From positions 5,770-69,769 of IMG/VR virus record IMGVR_UViG_3300010412_000009: a stretch of DNA of 64,000 nucleotides. The stretch is one strand, 5' to 3'. Position numbers and translations under genes: made by a program. Position 1 is the stretch's first letter; every line of letters begins with the position of its first letter. A model generated the notes under the pieces. It had not been told where the DNA came from. It saw only the letters and a list, made by a program, of their open reading frames with translations, and ran no database searches. This DNA is from a virus. This document shows, in pieces, positions 20,293-30,961 of the stretch.

Positions 20293-21003
20293 TTATATTG
20301 ACGCAGTATTATTATTTCTCATTGCTCCAACGTATGATGAATATTTTTGAGTTGCCGCTTTGGACATGTTAGTTAAAAACCCACAAATCGCAGTGGCAAT
20401 CATATCTTCAATTTTGTTCATCATCTTACTATCATTTACAAATGTTGATGTTAGATAATTTCTCATCATGATAGCAATATTACCCAATAACCCGCCCTTA
20501 TCTTCATAATTTCCTGTTAATTTTTGGGATATAAGTGCCTCAGGTAATGATTCAGTAATTTTAGATGCGATAAACCTACAATCAAACAAATGTGGTAAAT
20601 CATTATAATCAATGTTACCAATAGTAACTGTAATGATTCTACCAAATGTTGATTTTGGGTTTATTTTTAACATTTTACATATTTTAGCCGCGATTTTTTC
20701 TTGTAAAGTATCCACAAACGAACCAAAAGCCCCATCACCTGCAATGGATTTTAAAATATTAAAAAAACCACCGACACTCTCACTAATAAGACTATTTCGA
20801 TACCCTTGTTCTTGAAGATAAGCAACTTCATTAATTAATGATGTTGACAATTCATCAACATTAATAGAATTATTCTTTAATGAAGATTCAAAAATAAACC
20901 CTAAACGATTTTTAATTATCTTTTCTTCTGTTAAGACTCTACTCTTAGTTTCCTTAAATTCGTTTAATTTATGTTGTATTTTTTTTCTTTTTTGATTTTT
21001 CAT
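20293..21003 (-). CDS. hypothetical protein
   Basis: 236-aa ORF, ATATTTAT upstream. Confidence 0.65.
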   Translation of the reverse strand: MKNQKRKKIQHKLNEFKETKSRVLTEEKIIKNRLGFIFESSLKNNSINVDELSTSLINEVAYLQEQGYRNSLISESVGGFFNILKSIAGDGAFGSFVDTLQEKIAAKICKMLKINPKSTFGRIITVTIGNIDYNDLPHLFDCRFIASKITESLPEALISQKLTGNYEDKGGLLGNIAIMMRNYLTSTFVNDSKMMNKIEDMIATAICGFLTNMSKAATQKYSSYVGAMRNNNTASI

Positions 21004-21034
21004 AATCCAAACACTTTATTATAAATATATTGAT

Positions 21035-21244
21035 TTACCATAATGGATTTGCCTTCCCTCTGGTAATATTATAAGAATCCGACCATTTTGTATTTCCAAT
21101 TTGATTTCCTGGACCTCTAGAAACTCCAGATTCCCATTTTTTCATAGGAGTTCCCCCACCACTACCACCAAAAGTATCCTGTTCAATAAATTCACCTTTA
21201 TTGTCCATATATTGATCCATAAATTTTATTAGATCAGGTAACAT
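21035..21244 (-). CDS. hypothetical protein (WESGVSRGPGNQ / RGKANPL internal repeat)
   Basis: ORF in operon. Confidence 0.6.
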   Translation of the reverse strand: MLPDLIKFMDQYMDNKGEFIEQDTFGGSGGGTPMKKWESGVSRGPGNQIGNTKWSDSYNITRGKANPLW

Positions 21245-21246
21245 AA

Positions 21247-21555
21247 TTAACTTTTTTTAGGTATCCTATCAGGAAACTCACGATAATATTCATTTAGCAT
21301 GTCAATTAGTTCTTCGGTTTCCAAAGAATAATCATCATCATAATCAACGTCATATTGATTATTTATTCTAAATAAATCATAAATCTTAGTTGTAATGGTG
21401 TTGTTAATATCATTAACATCCAAAATAGAAATGACATCCTCCCTAACCTCATCATCACCATCTTCTGAGGTTTTAAACACCACATCGATAATACCACTAT
21501 TGATATTAGTATCAAATACAATAATATCAACTACCTCAATCAAATTATTTTCCAT
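21247..21555 (-). CDS. hypothetical acidic protein
   Basis: ORF in operon. Confidence 0.6.
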   Translation of the reverse strand: MENNLIEVVDIIVFDTNINSGIIDVVFKTSEDGDDEVREDVISILDVNDINNTITTKIYDLFRINNQYDVDYDDDYSLETEELIDMLNEYYREFPDRIPKKS

Positions 21556-21766
21556 CTTGTTTATTTATATTATGATTTTTATATTGTGAAACTTCATTCT
21601 TATTATTAAGAGTTATTCCATTCTTATCATTTGCAAAATCCTGAACGTTTAATTCTTGTGTGTTCGGTGTATTTTGAAGTCTAACATTACCTTCATAGGG
21701 TTTAATATATTTTTTTAGAATATTATCTCTTTCCTCATCACTGATATTTAATTGTCTATACGGCAT
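21545..21766 (-). CDS. leader-family hypothetical protein
   Basis: LNISDEERDNILKKY N-terminal motif. Confidence 0.65.
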   Translation of the reverse strand: MPYRQLNISDEERDNILKKYIKPYEGNVRLQNTPNTQELNVQDFANDKNGITLNNKNEVSQYKNHNINKQDGK

Positions 21767-21836
21767 AACTAAAAGTATTTTTTTCAGACCATAAATATAT
21801 ATAAAATTATGAATATTTATGATAAATAGTAATTAT

Positions 21837-22439
21837 ATGAAAATAATAATATCAGAAACGCAATATAAACAAATTATATTAGAATCTGAAAAATCTAAAA
21901 TAATTTCTGATATTAAATCATTATTTTCAAAAGGAAATAAAATATATCACGATTTCCTTCATATGGCGAAGTTAGATTTTAAATTCGCTGCCACATATTC
22001 AAACGTTATCGGAGGACTTGGAGTTCCTTTATCTGCATACATTTTATCTCAAAGTGATAGTCTTGATGGTGTAGCCGCTAATTATTTAGCGTGCGCAATT
22101 GTTGTCTCTTTTTTGGTTAATAATAAGAAAACTAAAGATTTAATAGAAAAAGATATCTCCAATCACGGACTTGAGAATGAATATCAGAAGTATCGTAAAT
22201 ATTACAAAAAATATTTACATAAGTCGATAAAGTTTCTTAAAATTTTAGGTATGACAACTGCCGATATTACATCAATGGTAGCCTATTCATTTGTAATTCC
22301 AATATTACCTGAACTTATGAAAATATCCAACATGGAATACCCTGATATGGGAATTATTGTTAAAAGTCTTGTGATGTATACTGGACTTACAGGATTGACT
22401 GTTATTTTAAGAAATTTCCTACATAAAAGAAAACATTAA
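21837..22439 (+). CDS. leader-family membrane protein
   Basis: MKIIISETQYKQIILE then hydrophobic helices; start chosen at second Met. Confidence 0.65.
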   Translation: MKIIISETQYKQIILESEKSKIISDIKSLFSKGNKIYHDFLHMAKLDFKFAATYSNVIGGLGVPLSAYILSQSDSLDGVAANYLACAIVVSFLVNNKKTKDLIEKDISNHGLENEYQKYRKYYKKYLHKSIKFLKILGMTTADITSMVAYSFVIPILPELMKISNMEYPDMGIIVKSLVMYTGLTGLTVILRNFLHKRKH

Positions 22440-23480
22440 TCACCAATACCCACCATAACTACCACTCAAACCTAATTGTTTCGCATATCTAGGAACTCTA
22501 CACGCCCAATATCCTGGAGTTGTTTTGTCTTTCTTCTGAGAACAATTGTGTCTTTCAGAAAATGCCTTTCTCGCCTTAGGATCTTTTATTTTTACAGCCA
22601 AATTCTGTCCACCGCCCGCAGCCCCAAATGAAACTTTCTTAACTTTCTTGGTTTTAGGATCCATAACATACACATAAAATTTTTTACTCCCACCTCTCTT
22701 TGGTTTGTTGAGTTCAACTTGTTTCCCCTGATACTCCGTCTCAATTAATGGAAAATCTAAAGGTACTTGATTTGGAATCACCCTATAATCCTTATCCTTA
22801 GTATTTAGAATATTTCCATCAATTAATCTTACCGTATTATTTCCAACATTTTCAACAATCATTATTTTGTTAGAATCCCATTCACCATTTATTTTTCTCT
22901 CAACTAAAGATCCGATAGTATAATCATAATATTCACCAAACTTACCTAAATCAGTCGTTTTAATAATCTCCAAATCATCCTTAGCTAGAAATAATCTACC
23001 TTGAGTATGTAAATCTCTAGCCTCATTCCATAATTGAAAGAATTTATCTGATCCTGGTCGATAAACATTTTTAACTAGAGGTATTTTATTATCAATATGG
23101 TACTTCATACCTTTACTAACACTGATACTATCGGATTCTGATATTACTGGGTAGTTAAGTTTTTTCCGTTCATTTAAGAAATCATCAGACATTAAACTAA
23201 CAATAACTTTACCATTTTCAAGATCGGAGATTTCGTAATCTTCAATATTATATAATGAATTTCCCAACTTAACAATCTCATCCGCAAATTTCATTGCTAA
23301 ATCTTGTTTCTCACCATCTCGGCTTAATATAGTTTTCTTATCACCAAAAGAAGTAATTCCAGATGTTTTAGTATCGTCATATATCAAATAATATGTCTTT
23401 ACATTATTTAATTTATTTTTTTTCGGTATCTTAACTTCAATTTGGTATTTCCTTGATAATTTTCCTATCCTGTCGTTCAT
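22440..23480 (-). CDS. hypothetical multi-domain protein with basic C-terminal domain
   Basis: C-terminal KKFYVYV...KKVSFG...RHNC...YWAC motif; acidic-to-basic modular composition. Confidence 0.65.
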   Translation of the reverse strand: MNDRIGKLSRKYQIEVKIPKKNKLNNVKTYYLIYDDTKTSGITSFGDKKTILSRDGEKQDLAMKFADEIVKLGNSLYNIEDYEISDLENGKVIVSLMSDDFLNERKKLNYPVISESDSISVSKGMKYHIDNKIPLVKNVYRPGSDKFFQLWNEARDLHTQGRLFLAKDDLEIIKTTDLGKFGEYYDYTIGSLVERKINGEWDSNKIMIVENVGNNTVRLIDGNILNTKDKDYRVIPNQVPLDFPLIETEYQGKQVELNKPKRGGSKKFYVYVMDPKTKKVKKVSFGAAGGGQNLAVKIKDPKARKAFSERHNCSQKKDKTTPGYWACRVPRYAKQLGLSGSYGGYW

Positions 23481-23484
23481 TATG

Positions 23485-23661
23485 TTATTCTAAGAATGAA
23501 TGTTGTTTATTTAGTTCGGCAAATACTAGATCACTAATCTCATAATGAGTGAGATTGGTAACACTTTTATTAATTCTATCATACTCATTAAAAAAAACAT
23601 TTTGTAAATTGTGTCGATAAATATATGTCATAATCATCTCAAAACGACTTTCATTACTCAT
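23485..23661 (-). CDS. small 58-aa hypothetical protein missed by ORF track (MSNESRFEM...)
   Basis: hand-translated, fills gap between neighbours. Confidence 0.5.
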   Translation of the reverse strand: MSNESRFEMIMTYIYRHNLQNVFFNEYDRINKSVTNLTHYEISDLVFAELNKQHSFLE

Positions 23662-23667
23662 TTTACT

Positions 23668-23958
23668 CTATTTATTTAGGTTTGATTTTGTTATTTCCAA
23701 TTGAGCCGTGAAATCCCTGTCCACGTAAGTTAAAAAAGAATCCAAAGTAACACAATCTAATTTTTTTGCGGAAAAATCCCATTTTTTCCTAAAATTATAA
23801 AATAAATTTTCTGTCGTAATAATTTGATCAAATGAAGTACAAGAAATTAATGTCTCTATTACTTTGCGATACTCATTAAATATTTTCGAAAACTCAATAG
23901 ATTCTTTCTTTGTTTTCGAAAAAAAACTATCATTCAGTGTTAAAAGTTCTTGTATCAT
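23668..23958 (-). CDS. hypothetical protein
   Basis: ORF. Confidence 0.55.
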   Translation of the reverse strand: MIQELLTLNDSFFSKTKKESIEFSKIFNEYRKVIETLISCTSFDQIITTENLFYNFRKKWDFSAKKLDCVTLDSFLTYVDRDFTAQLEITKSNLNK

Positions 23959-24032
23959 ATTTTTTTGTTTCTAGTTATAAATATATAAAATATATATTAA
24001 ATTTTTAAATAAACCATTAATCCTATTTTTTT

Positions 24033-24308
24033 ATGAATAATAAGCTACCTTTTGTTGAAAAGATTTCAGGAGATACAAATATACGATTTTTTTCTGAAAC
24101 AACAAAGAAATCCGAATTTAAATGGCATAGAGATGGTGAAGATAGAATAATTACGTGTCGTCATGATACAGACTGGGAATTTCAAAAAGATAATGAACTA
24201 CCTCAAAAAATCATAAAAAATAAACCAATTAGAATAAAAAAAGATGAATGGCATAGACTAATCAAAGGGAGTAATGACCTTACTCTGGAAATTATAAAAC
24301 AATATTAA
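24033..24308 (+). CDS. small cupin-like protein
   Basis: WHRD..DR and WHRLIKG motifs. Confidence 0.55.
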   Translation: MNNKLPFVEKISGDTNIRFFSETTKKSEFKWHRDGEDRIITCRHDTDWEFQKDNELPQKIIKNKPIRIKKDEWHRLIKGSNDLTLEIIKQY

Positions 24309-24592
24309 GGGATATCTTCTTTTTCAGATATGGTATTATTATCATTTTGATCATCCTTTTTATTGGGTTTGCTTGAATATCTTCTAAATTTCTCAAAAAC
24401 ACCAAGACCCAATCCTGCAACAACAATCCAAGCTAATGTCTCAAACATAAATTCTGGCGCCATCCAATTATTTGACTTAAATACCGCCATAAATGTCATA
24501 ATTATTAGCGATATTAATGTTATTAATGCGGCAAACCTTTTGCTAGAAACATCCTCACTTGAGGACAATAGATTTTTAAAGAATTCAATCAT
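24305..24592 (-). CDS. two-TM membrane protein, holin-like
   Basis: SSKR followed by two hydrophobic helices and a charged tail. Confidence 0.5.
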   Translation of the reverse strand: MIEFFKNLLSSSEDVSSKRFAALITLISLIIMTFMAVFKSNNWMAPEFMFETLAWIVVAGLGLGVFEKFRRYSSKPNKKDDQNDNNTISEKEDIP

Positions 24593-24619
24593 ACTTATAA
24601 ATATCTAACAAATAACAAT

Positions 24620-25255
24620 ATGAGATATTTCTTAAGTTTTTTATTTTCATTAGTATTTACTTTTTCTTTTTGTCAAATACCCGATACGGTTATAACAACA
24701 GATATCTATAAATCATACTTTAGTTACGACATTAAATCAACTATATTCGTCAAATATAAACTATACCAAGGTGGTGGTGATTGTAGTAGATCAAACTATA
24801 AATTTAAGAATGATACCAAAATTAATATGATACATAATAAAGATTATCGTAAGTCTGGTTATGATAGAGGTCACTTGGCAAATGCAGAAGACTTTGCATT
24901 TGATTGTAATAAAATTGAACAAACATTTAGGTTATATAATTGTATCCCCCAAACACCAAATTTAAATAGAGGTAATTTTAAAAAAGACGAATCTTTAATT
25001 AGAAGATTATCAAAAACTGATTCATTATTAATAATGACTGGTGGTATTTTCATTAATAAAACCAGTCCGAATGGATTGATTATAGTCCCTGACTATTGTT
25101 TTAAAATAGTTAAAAACCTTAAAACAAATAACATCATATATGTCATTCTATATAAGAATGATGATGCCTCTACAAGGACTATAATCACAATTGATGAATT
25201 AAATTTAATTCATCACGAAGATATTGATTATTTAGAATACATCTCAGACTATTAA
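24620..25255 (+). CDS. DNA/RNA non-specific endonuclease (NucA/EndoG-like) with signal peptide
   Basis: SGYDRGHL, N..PQ...LNRG motifs. Confidence 0.88.
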   Translation: MRYFLSFLFSLVFTFSFCQIPDTVITTDIYKSYFSYDIKSTIFVKYKLYQGGGDCSRSNYKFKNDTKINMIHNKDYRKSGYDRGHLANAEDFAFDCNKIEQTFRLYNCIPQTPNLNRGNFKKDESLIRRLSKTDSLLIMTGGIFINKTSPNGLIIVPDYCFKIVKNLKTNNIIYVILYKNDDASTRTIITIDELNLIHHEDIDYLEYISDY

Positions 25256-25256
25256 A

Positions 25257-27152
25257 TTAGTCAAACTTAGGTGTAAACATCCCATTTTCAATTTCTTCAT
25301 AATAATCACTTAACCATTTTGAGTTCTTAATCAATCTATCATTACCCGTCAAATTCAAAATCTGTAGGTTAGGAATATTCACAATTGATTTTGGTAAAGA
25401 ATCTATTGTACTATCCTTCAGTAGTAAGTATCTCAAATTTCTCAATTCTGATATTGAGTCTGAAAGTGTTTTAACATTATTAATCGCTAATGTCTCCAAG
25501 TTAGGGAATGATTCAATAAACTTATCTGTAAGTTCAACAGGTATCTTATCTGACGGTTCATAAGATATCTTATTCACTGATTTACCATAGTTAGAATAAA
25601 TGTCAACAAATTTATCAAATCCAAACAAATTCACAACTCTAGCAGGTAATGAATTATCATTTAATTTAAGTTGATTTGAGACACTTCCTGAAAAATCAGA
25701 GCTACTTAATCTTGATATCAACTCCTTTTTAATCTGTATTAGTTTATTAATTACCGACTTTTCATTAGTAGTATTAATCAAATATCTCAAAACATCATAG
25801 TCAGATTGGTCAATAGTTTTTAATGATTTATTATTAGATAATATGTTAGACATTCTATTTGAGATATAATAATTAATTATATCATCTGATGACATTTTAA
25901 TTTGATTATAGGTTAAATTAAACCCTAATGCAATGTATTTCTTTCTTAGAGAATCTGTTAAGTTTGAATATACGATATTCCCCCAACTACTTGGATTATC
26001 ATTATCTCCAAGACTAGGACTATTAATTTCCAACCAGATCTCAGCAGCCTCTTCACTACCAAGCTCTTTTATTGGATCACTTTGTATTCTAACATTTTTG
26101 TATTTAGAAAATAATTCTTCTTCCTCAGGAGTTAGCGGCTTTGGTTTAAATATATGCTCTAATCCTTTCAATTTAGGACATTTACTATATGCAGTATCCC
26201 AACTAACAATATGACCGCCACCATACGTTGAGTTACCTCTATCGGCAATACGAATATCCCCATCTCTATCAACAAGAATAACTAAAGCATAATCCAAATC
26301 ATCATAAGGTAAATCCTCATTAATTACAAAATATATCGTCAGGGATTTATCAAACCTATAGTTATAATACATGTTACCAGATCCCTTTCGACTAATACAC
26401 CAACTCCTACCTTTTGCTAATTGAATACATGCGTTTTTACTTTCACTTAAGTAAATTTTTAAGTTATTTTTATCATATACAAGGTTTAACTCTTCATCCC
26501 AAACCTTCCTACTCTCTTCCTTAGAGACACCATGTTTGGAGTTATAACTATCCACCAGATGTTCAAGTTCGGTAAAACTCATTGATGTTAGAATTTTAGA
26601 ATTAACATCAATATCATCAACAATTCGTAAATATGAGTCAATGTAGAATTTTACAATAGTATTATCTAAATTAGGTGTCTTCTTTTGAAAATATTGTGGT
26701 GCGTTTCTACGAATCAAGTCTTCATAATCTTTTTCAAGCATTTCAACTAGATCATAATAACCAATATTTTTGATATTTTGAAATTCCTTTGGTAGAAATG
26801 GTCTCACTTCCAAATACTTTTTAATTACCAATGATAATTGAGTTTTGTCAACTCCTTCTGTTGTTTTTTTGAAGTAGTTAAATATATTCTTTATCGTCTT
26901 ACCTGATGATTTTGCATCAATAAGAGTTTTCAACTCATCATAACTATATTTAAAAATGTCTCGTTGTTCAGGAGGTAACCCATTTTTATATCTACCAAAA
27001 GCTTCGATGTATTTTAATATTACATCATCACCATCAGTAGTTTGTGTCTTAAATTTCCCAACCAACTGATCAATAATCTTTTGATTAACCTCAGACAATC
27101 GAACTTTTGTTCTCGATTTAACCGCATTACTTAAACTATCTAATACTTTCAC
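25257..27152 (-). CDS. large protein with WCIS motif and C-terminal leucine-rich repeats
   Basis: GRSWCIS motif; NLETLAI, NLRYLLL, NLQILNL LRR-like units. Confidence 0.65.
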   Translation of the reverse strand: MKVLDSLSNAVKSRTKVRLSEVNQKIIDQLVGKFKTQTTDGDDVILKYIEAFGRYKNGLPPEQRDIFKYSYDELKTLIDAKSSGKTIKNIFNYFKKTTEGVDKTQLSLVIKKYLEVRPFLPKEFQNIKNIGYYDLVEMLEKDYEDLIRRNAPQYFQKKTPNLDNTIVKFYIDSYLRIVDDIDVNSKILTSMSFTELEHLVDSYNSKHGVSKEESRKVWDEELNLVYDKNNLKIYLSESKNACIQLAKGRSWCISRKGSGNMYYNYRFDKSLTIYFVINEDLPYDDLDYALVILVDRDGDIRIADRGNSTYGGGHIVSWDTAYSKCPKLKGLEHIFKPKPLTPEEEELFSKYKNVRIQSDPIKELGSEEAAEIWLEINSPSLGDNDNPSSWGNIVYSNLTDSLRKKYIALGFNLTYNQIKMSSDDIINYYISNRMSNILSNNKSLKTIDQSDYDVLRYLINTTNEKSVINKLIQIKKELISRLSSSDFSGSVSNQLKLNDNSLPARVVNLFGFDKFVDIYSNYGKSVNKISYEPSDKIPVELTDKFIESFPNLETLAINNVKTLSDSISELRNLRYLLLKDSTIDSLPKSIVNIPNLQILNLTGNDRLIKNSKWLSDYYEEIENGMFTPKFD

Positions 27153-27180
27153 AATCTGTTATTTTATTTATTAATAAATA

Positions 27181-27657
27181 TTATGTTATAGAATCAAAAT
27201 CAATATACGTAACAAACACCTCCTCACCTGATAAAATTGCCTTACTAACAATAGAATAAATTCTTCGGTAAGCATCGGTAGATTCACCAATAAATCCGCC
27301 TTTTGTTATGTTTTGAGTAACACTATTCCCAAGTAATAAACAACCTGAAGTATCATCATCGTCATTCCCAATATGCCATAAGATATAATCAAAATTTGGG
27401 ACATTTAAAACCTGAATCATTCCTTTATGAATATCAGGAAATCTTGTCTTATATCTATTATGAAAACCACCCTCAGTTCTTAACCCTAAACGATATTTAC
27501 CAGCAGGTATCCTAGTTTCATGCATTACTTTTTTCTCCCTATACTCATCCTCCAAAGTAAAACATAAAAACTCCCTTCCGTTGGTAGTATCAAATAATAA
27601 ACCTAAAGTCGAATCTTTTTGTGATGAAAATCTAATAACTTCTAGTAACATAATCAA
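27181..27657 (-). CDS. DUF5675-like protein (L,D-transpeptidase-like, possible lysin)
   Basis: TLED...RIPAGKY...ILWHIGN...DTSGCLLLG. Confidence 0.7.
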   Translation of the reverse strand: MIMLLEVIRFSSQKDSTLGLLFDTTNGREFLCFTLEDEYREKKVMHETRIPAGKYRLGLRTEGGFHNRYKTRFPDIHKGMIQVLNVPNFDYILWHIGNDDDDTSGCLLLGNSVTQNITKGGFIGESTDAYRRIYSIVSKAILSGEEVFVTYIDFDSIT

Positions 27658-27687
27658 ATTTTACTATAAATATATTAGATATTAAAA

Positions 27688-28689
27688 TTAATCAGTCCTA
27701 ACTAAACAATACCATTTACCATCATAGTGATATTCATGTGTCTCATTATCATACGTACCTATAGAATACCCAATACCGCCATAATCGACATACTCTTTAG
27801 CTAATTTATCAAAATCAAAATAGTTCTCAAGTTTAATACCAAACATGTCAGAAATTGACTTATAATCACCATTACTAATATTGTATTCATACTCACTAAT
27901 TTCAGATGATATTCGTCGTTCAACATATTCATCAATTAAATCCTCATATTCAATGTCTGACATATCATCATCTCGCTCAACTTCATCATATGCCTCATCA
28001 CGATAATCAGATTCCCAATCACGTACATAAGCTTCAATATCAGATAAAAGTTTATCATTGTCAAAATAACTAGAGTTTCGAGACATCAATTCAATTAAAT
28101 CGTTACCAGAATATCCATCATTAAAAATTTCTTTTTGTCTATCAATTGCAAATTTCACCATATCATCATCAGTTCCCATCAAAAAATCCCCAACATCAAT
28201 ACCAATCTCAATACATCCATCATATTCATAATAAGATTTAACTTCAGCATATAATATAGTATGATCATAATTATCTTCACCATACTCTTCATCAAAATAA
28301 TCTTTAATATCGTATATATTATCTTCAAGGACTAGTTTTTCAAAAAAACCAATCATCATAGGCGTATCAAATGCCTTCTCATTTCTTAATTTTCTTTTAA
28401 GTAATTTATCTCTAATACGGTCCAATCTACGTCCATAAGGTGATCCACTAGTATAGATATATTTATAAGAATTAACATTAATTTTTTTTACGCTACTGTT
28501 CGATAAATCTAAAATACCCTGAAATATAAAATCACCTGTCAAGTACTCAATAGGAGTTCTAGATAAATCAGCCTTACTAGTAACAATTATCCTATCCGCT
28601 TTATAAACCTTAAACAATAAGTTAGATTTATAATTAACAGCATACATACTATCCTCAAATTCTTTCCCTGATATGCTAACTGTTCTCAT
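27688..28689 (-). CDS. hypothetical acidic protein
   Basis: 333-aa ORF. Confidence 0.65.
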   Translation of the reverse strand: MRTVSISGKEFEDSMYAVNYKSNLLFKVYKADRIIVTSKADLSRTPIEYLTGDFIFQGILDLSNSSVKKINVNSYKYIYTSGSPYGRRLDRIRDKLLKRKLRNEKAFDTPMMIGFFEKLVLEDNIYDIKDYFDEEYGEDNYDHTILYAEVKSYYEYDGCIEIGIDVGDFLMGTDDDMVKFAIDRQKEIFNDGYSGNDLIELMSRNSSYFDNDKLLSDIEAYVRDWESDYRDEAYDEVERDDDMSDIEYEDLIDEYVERRISSEISEYEYNISNGDYKSISDMFGIKLENYFDFDKLAKEYVDYGGIGYSIGTYDNETHEYHYDGKWYCLVRTD

Positions 28690-28718
28690 ATATTATATTT
28701 ACCATAAATATCATAATA

Positions 28719-29129
28719 TTAGTATTGAGATAACTCCCATACATTATCTGAATTTAATCTAACCGACATAATATGCGGTAAATCCCATTCAGATGGTTTT
28801 ATTATAGATAATATGACACCATTTTTATTACTATCATACAAATGATAAATATCACCAACTTTAGGGGTAAATGAATATTTTGAAGATAAAACCAATTTAT
28901 TTATCTCATACTGGTGATATAATTTTCTATATTCATCTATAATCTCCTTAAACTTAACATCAAATAATGTGTTGATTTTTGATATTGACTCTTGTTTCGA
29001 AATATCAGTAATTTCTTGAGTAATTACTGGTGACGATAAATTAGTTGGGTATGGTAAAAGATGTGAAATGAATTTATCATTTTCATAGTCATACACAACA
29101 TTATCAGGATATTTTCTATTTTTACCCAT
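28719..29129 (-). CDS. DUF2452-like protein
   Basis: F.PKVG.IYHLY...LSII.P.EW pattern. Confidence 0.55.
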   Translation of the reverse strand: MGKNRKYPDNVVYDYENDKFISHLLPYPTNLSSPVITQEITDISKQESISKINTLFDVKFKEIIDEYRKLYHQYEINKLVLSSKYSFTPKVGDIYHLYDSNKNGVILSIIKPSEWDLPHIMSVRLNSDNVWELSQY

Positions 29130-29135
29130 AAAAGA

Positions 29136-29462
29136 TTAAAGAGAAAATGATTCTCCACAACCACAAGTTCTTGTTGCTTGTGGATTGTTAAATATGAATC
29201 CTTTACCATTTAAACCATCACTAAAATCAAGTGTGGTTTCGAACAAATATAAAAAACTTTTATTATCAACAACAATGGAAACATCTCCATGATCAAATTT
29301 TTGATCGAAATCCATCATCTCATTATCAAATTCTAATTTATATGTCAAACCAGAACAACCGCCACTAGTTACTTTAACACGCAAAAAATGAGAGTCATCA
29401 AGGTTATCAGACTCTCTTAAATGTAGAATTCTTTTTTTTGCATTTTCCGTTATGTATATCAT
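29136..29462 (-). CDS. iscA: A-type iron-sulfur cluster carrier (IscA/HesB)
   Basis: GGCSGL.Y and NP.A..TCGCGESF. Confidence 0.93.
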   Translation of the reverse strand: MIYITENAKKRILHLRESDNLDDSHFLRVKVTSGGCSGLTYKLEFDNEMMDFDQKFDHGDVSIVVDNKSFLYLFETTLDFSDGLNGKGFIFNNPQATRTCGCGESFSL

Positions 29463-29503
29463 GCAAGTATAATTTACTTACAAATATAAGGAAAGTTATT
29501 CAT

Positions 29504-29896
29504 TTAAACAATAGGCTTGTTTTGATTGAAAAATAAACTAACTTTTTCCCTATTTGAGGTTACTATAAAGTTAGTTAAAATTCCTGAATCTTTATATTCT
29601 TTAAGAGTTTTAACTACTTTTTTTAAATTTTCCTTATCTCTGAGAGAATTGTTTGTTTTGGACAATGAAATCAATGCCATGTTAACATTCTCTTTTAGAT
29701 TAGATACTTTAACTATACTATCAACAGGACCTAATACTTGTTTGATATAATTCTCATTCAAAACAATTTTATTATTCCTTGTAGATTCCTTAATCAAGGA
29801 ATCAGTTGTATTTTTTTTAGATTTAACAACCCCTTGAAGTTTATTTTTTATTATATCTTTCAATTGGTTTTCTGTAATTAAAAATAACTTCCCCAT
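29504..29896 (-). CDS. leader-family hypothetical protein
   Basis: LITENQLKDII N-terminal motif. Confidence 0.6.
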   Translation of the reverse strand: MGKLFLITENQLKDIIKNKLQGVVKSKKNTTDSLIKESTRNNKIVLNENYIKQVLGPVDSIVKVSNLKENVNMALISLSKTNNSLRDKENLKKVVKTLKEYKDSGILTNFIVTSNREKVSLFFNQNKPIV

Positions 29897-29935
29897 TGCT
29901 TATATTTTATTATAAATATACTGGTCTAAGGAAAA

Positions 29936-30958
29936 TTACTCTCCAAGAGTCGTAATTATTTTATCTACCACCAAATACGGATTTGCATTTGCTGCAGGTC
30001 TCCTATCTTCTAAATACCCTTTCCATCCGTGATTTATAGTATATACTGGTATTCTAATTGACGCTCCACGATCTGAAACACCATAAGAAAATTTATCAAT
30101 ATGTTGAGTTTCGTGTTTTCCTGTTAACCTTTTATCGTTTTCACTACCATACACCGCAATATGTTCTTTATGTTTTTTACGCAATTTTTCACATATATCA
30201 ATAAACAACTCTTGACCGCCGACTTCTCTTGTTTCATAATTTGAAAAGTTAACATGTAATCCTGCACCATTCCAATCACCATCAAGAGGTTTAGGTTTAA
30301 GTGTTATTCTAACTTTAAATTTTTCAGATATTTCAAATAAAAGATATCTTGATACAATAAGATCATCCGCGGCTTTCTTAGGTGTAACCCCAAAAACTTG
30401 ATATTCCCACTGTCCTTTTAATACCTCAGCATTTGTACCTGTTAAATTAATACCAACTTGGAAACATCTTGTAGCGTGAACTTCAACAAGATCTCTTAAA
30501 CTAACTTCATCATAACCAACGCCACAATAATATTCACCTTGTTCTTTTGCACGTCCAGTTTCATCAAATAATCCGTAAGGATGTCCCTTACTATCCAATA
30601 TTGTATATTCTTGTTCAAACCCAAACCAAAACGAATTCGTAAATTCAGATTCTATAATACGATTCCTATGATTGGATTTGTGAGGAGTCCCATCTGCATT
30701 ATATACTTCACATAATACAATGTAGGTGTTATAACTTCCAGTATCTTGATAAACACGAACAGGTTTTAATATACAATCAGAATCATTTCCTTCTGCTTGC
30801 TTTGTTGATGACCCGTCAAAAGACCACTCAGGTACGGTAGATAACATAAAAGGTTTAAAATCATCTGACGGATAATATTTAGTTTTAGATCTAATATTTG
30901 GTTCTGTTCCATATCCGTCCAACCAAATATACTTCAAAGTTACAACTCTATCATTCAT
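29936..30958 (-). CDS. glnII: glutamine synthetase type II
   Basis: YIWLDG, WSFDGSST.QA.G.DSD, GFEQEY, NAEV..GQWEYQ, WNGAG.H.NFS, RGASIRIP, YLEDRRP. Confidence 0.93.
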   Translation of the reverse strand: MNDRVVTLKYIWLDGYGTEPNIRSKTKYYPSDDFKPFMLSTVPEWSFDGSSTKQAEGNDSDCILKPVRVYQDTGSYNTYIVLCEVYNADGTPHKSNHRNRIIESEFTNSFWFGFEQEYTILDSKGHPYGLFDETGRAKEQGEYYCGVGYDEVSLRDLVEVHATRCFQVGINLTGTNAEVLKGQWEYQVFGVTPKKAADDLIVSRYLLFEISEKFKVRITLKPKPLDGDWNGAGLHVNFSNYETREVGGQELFIDICEKLRKKHKEHIAVYGSENDKRLTGKHETQHIDKFSYGVSDRGASIRIPVYTINHGWKGYLEDRRPAANANPYLVVDKIITTLGE

Positions 30959-30961
30959 ATT

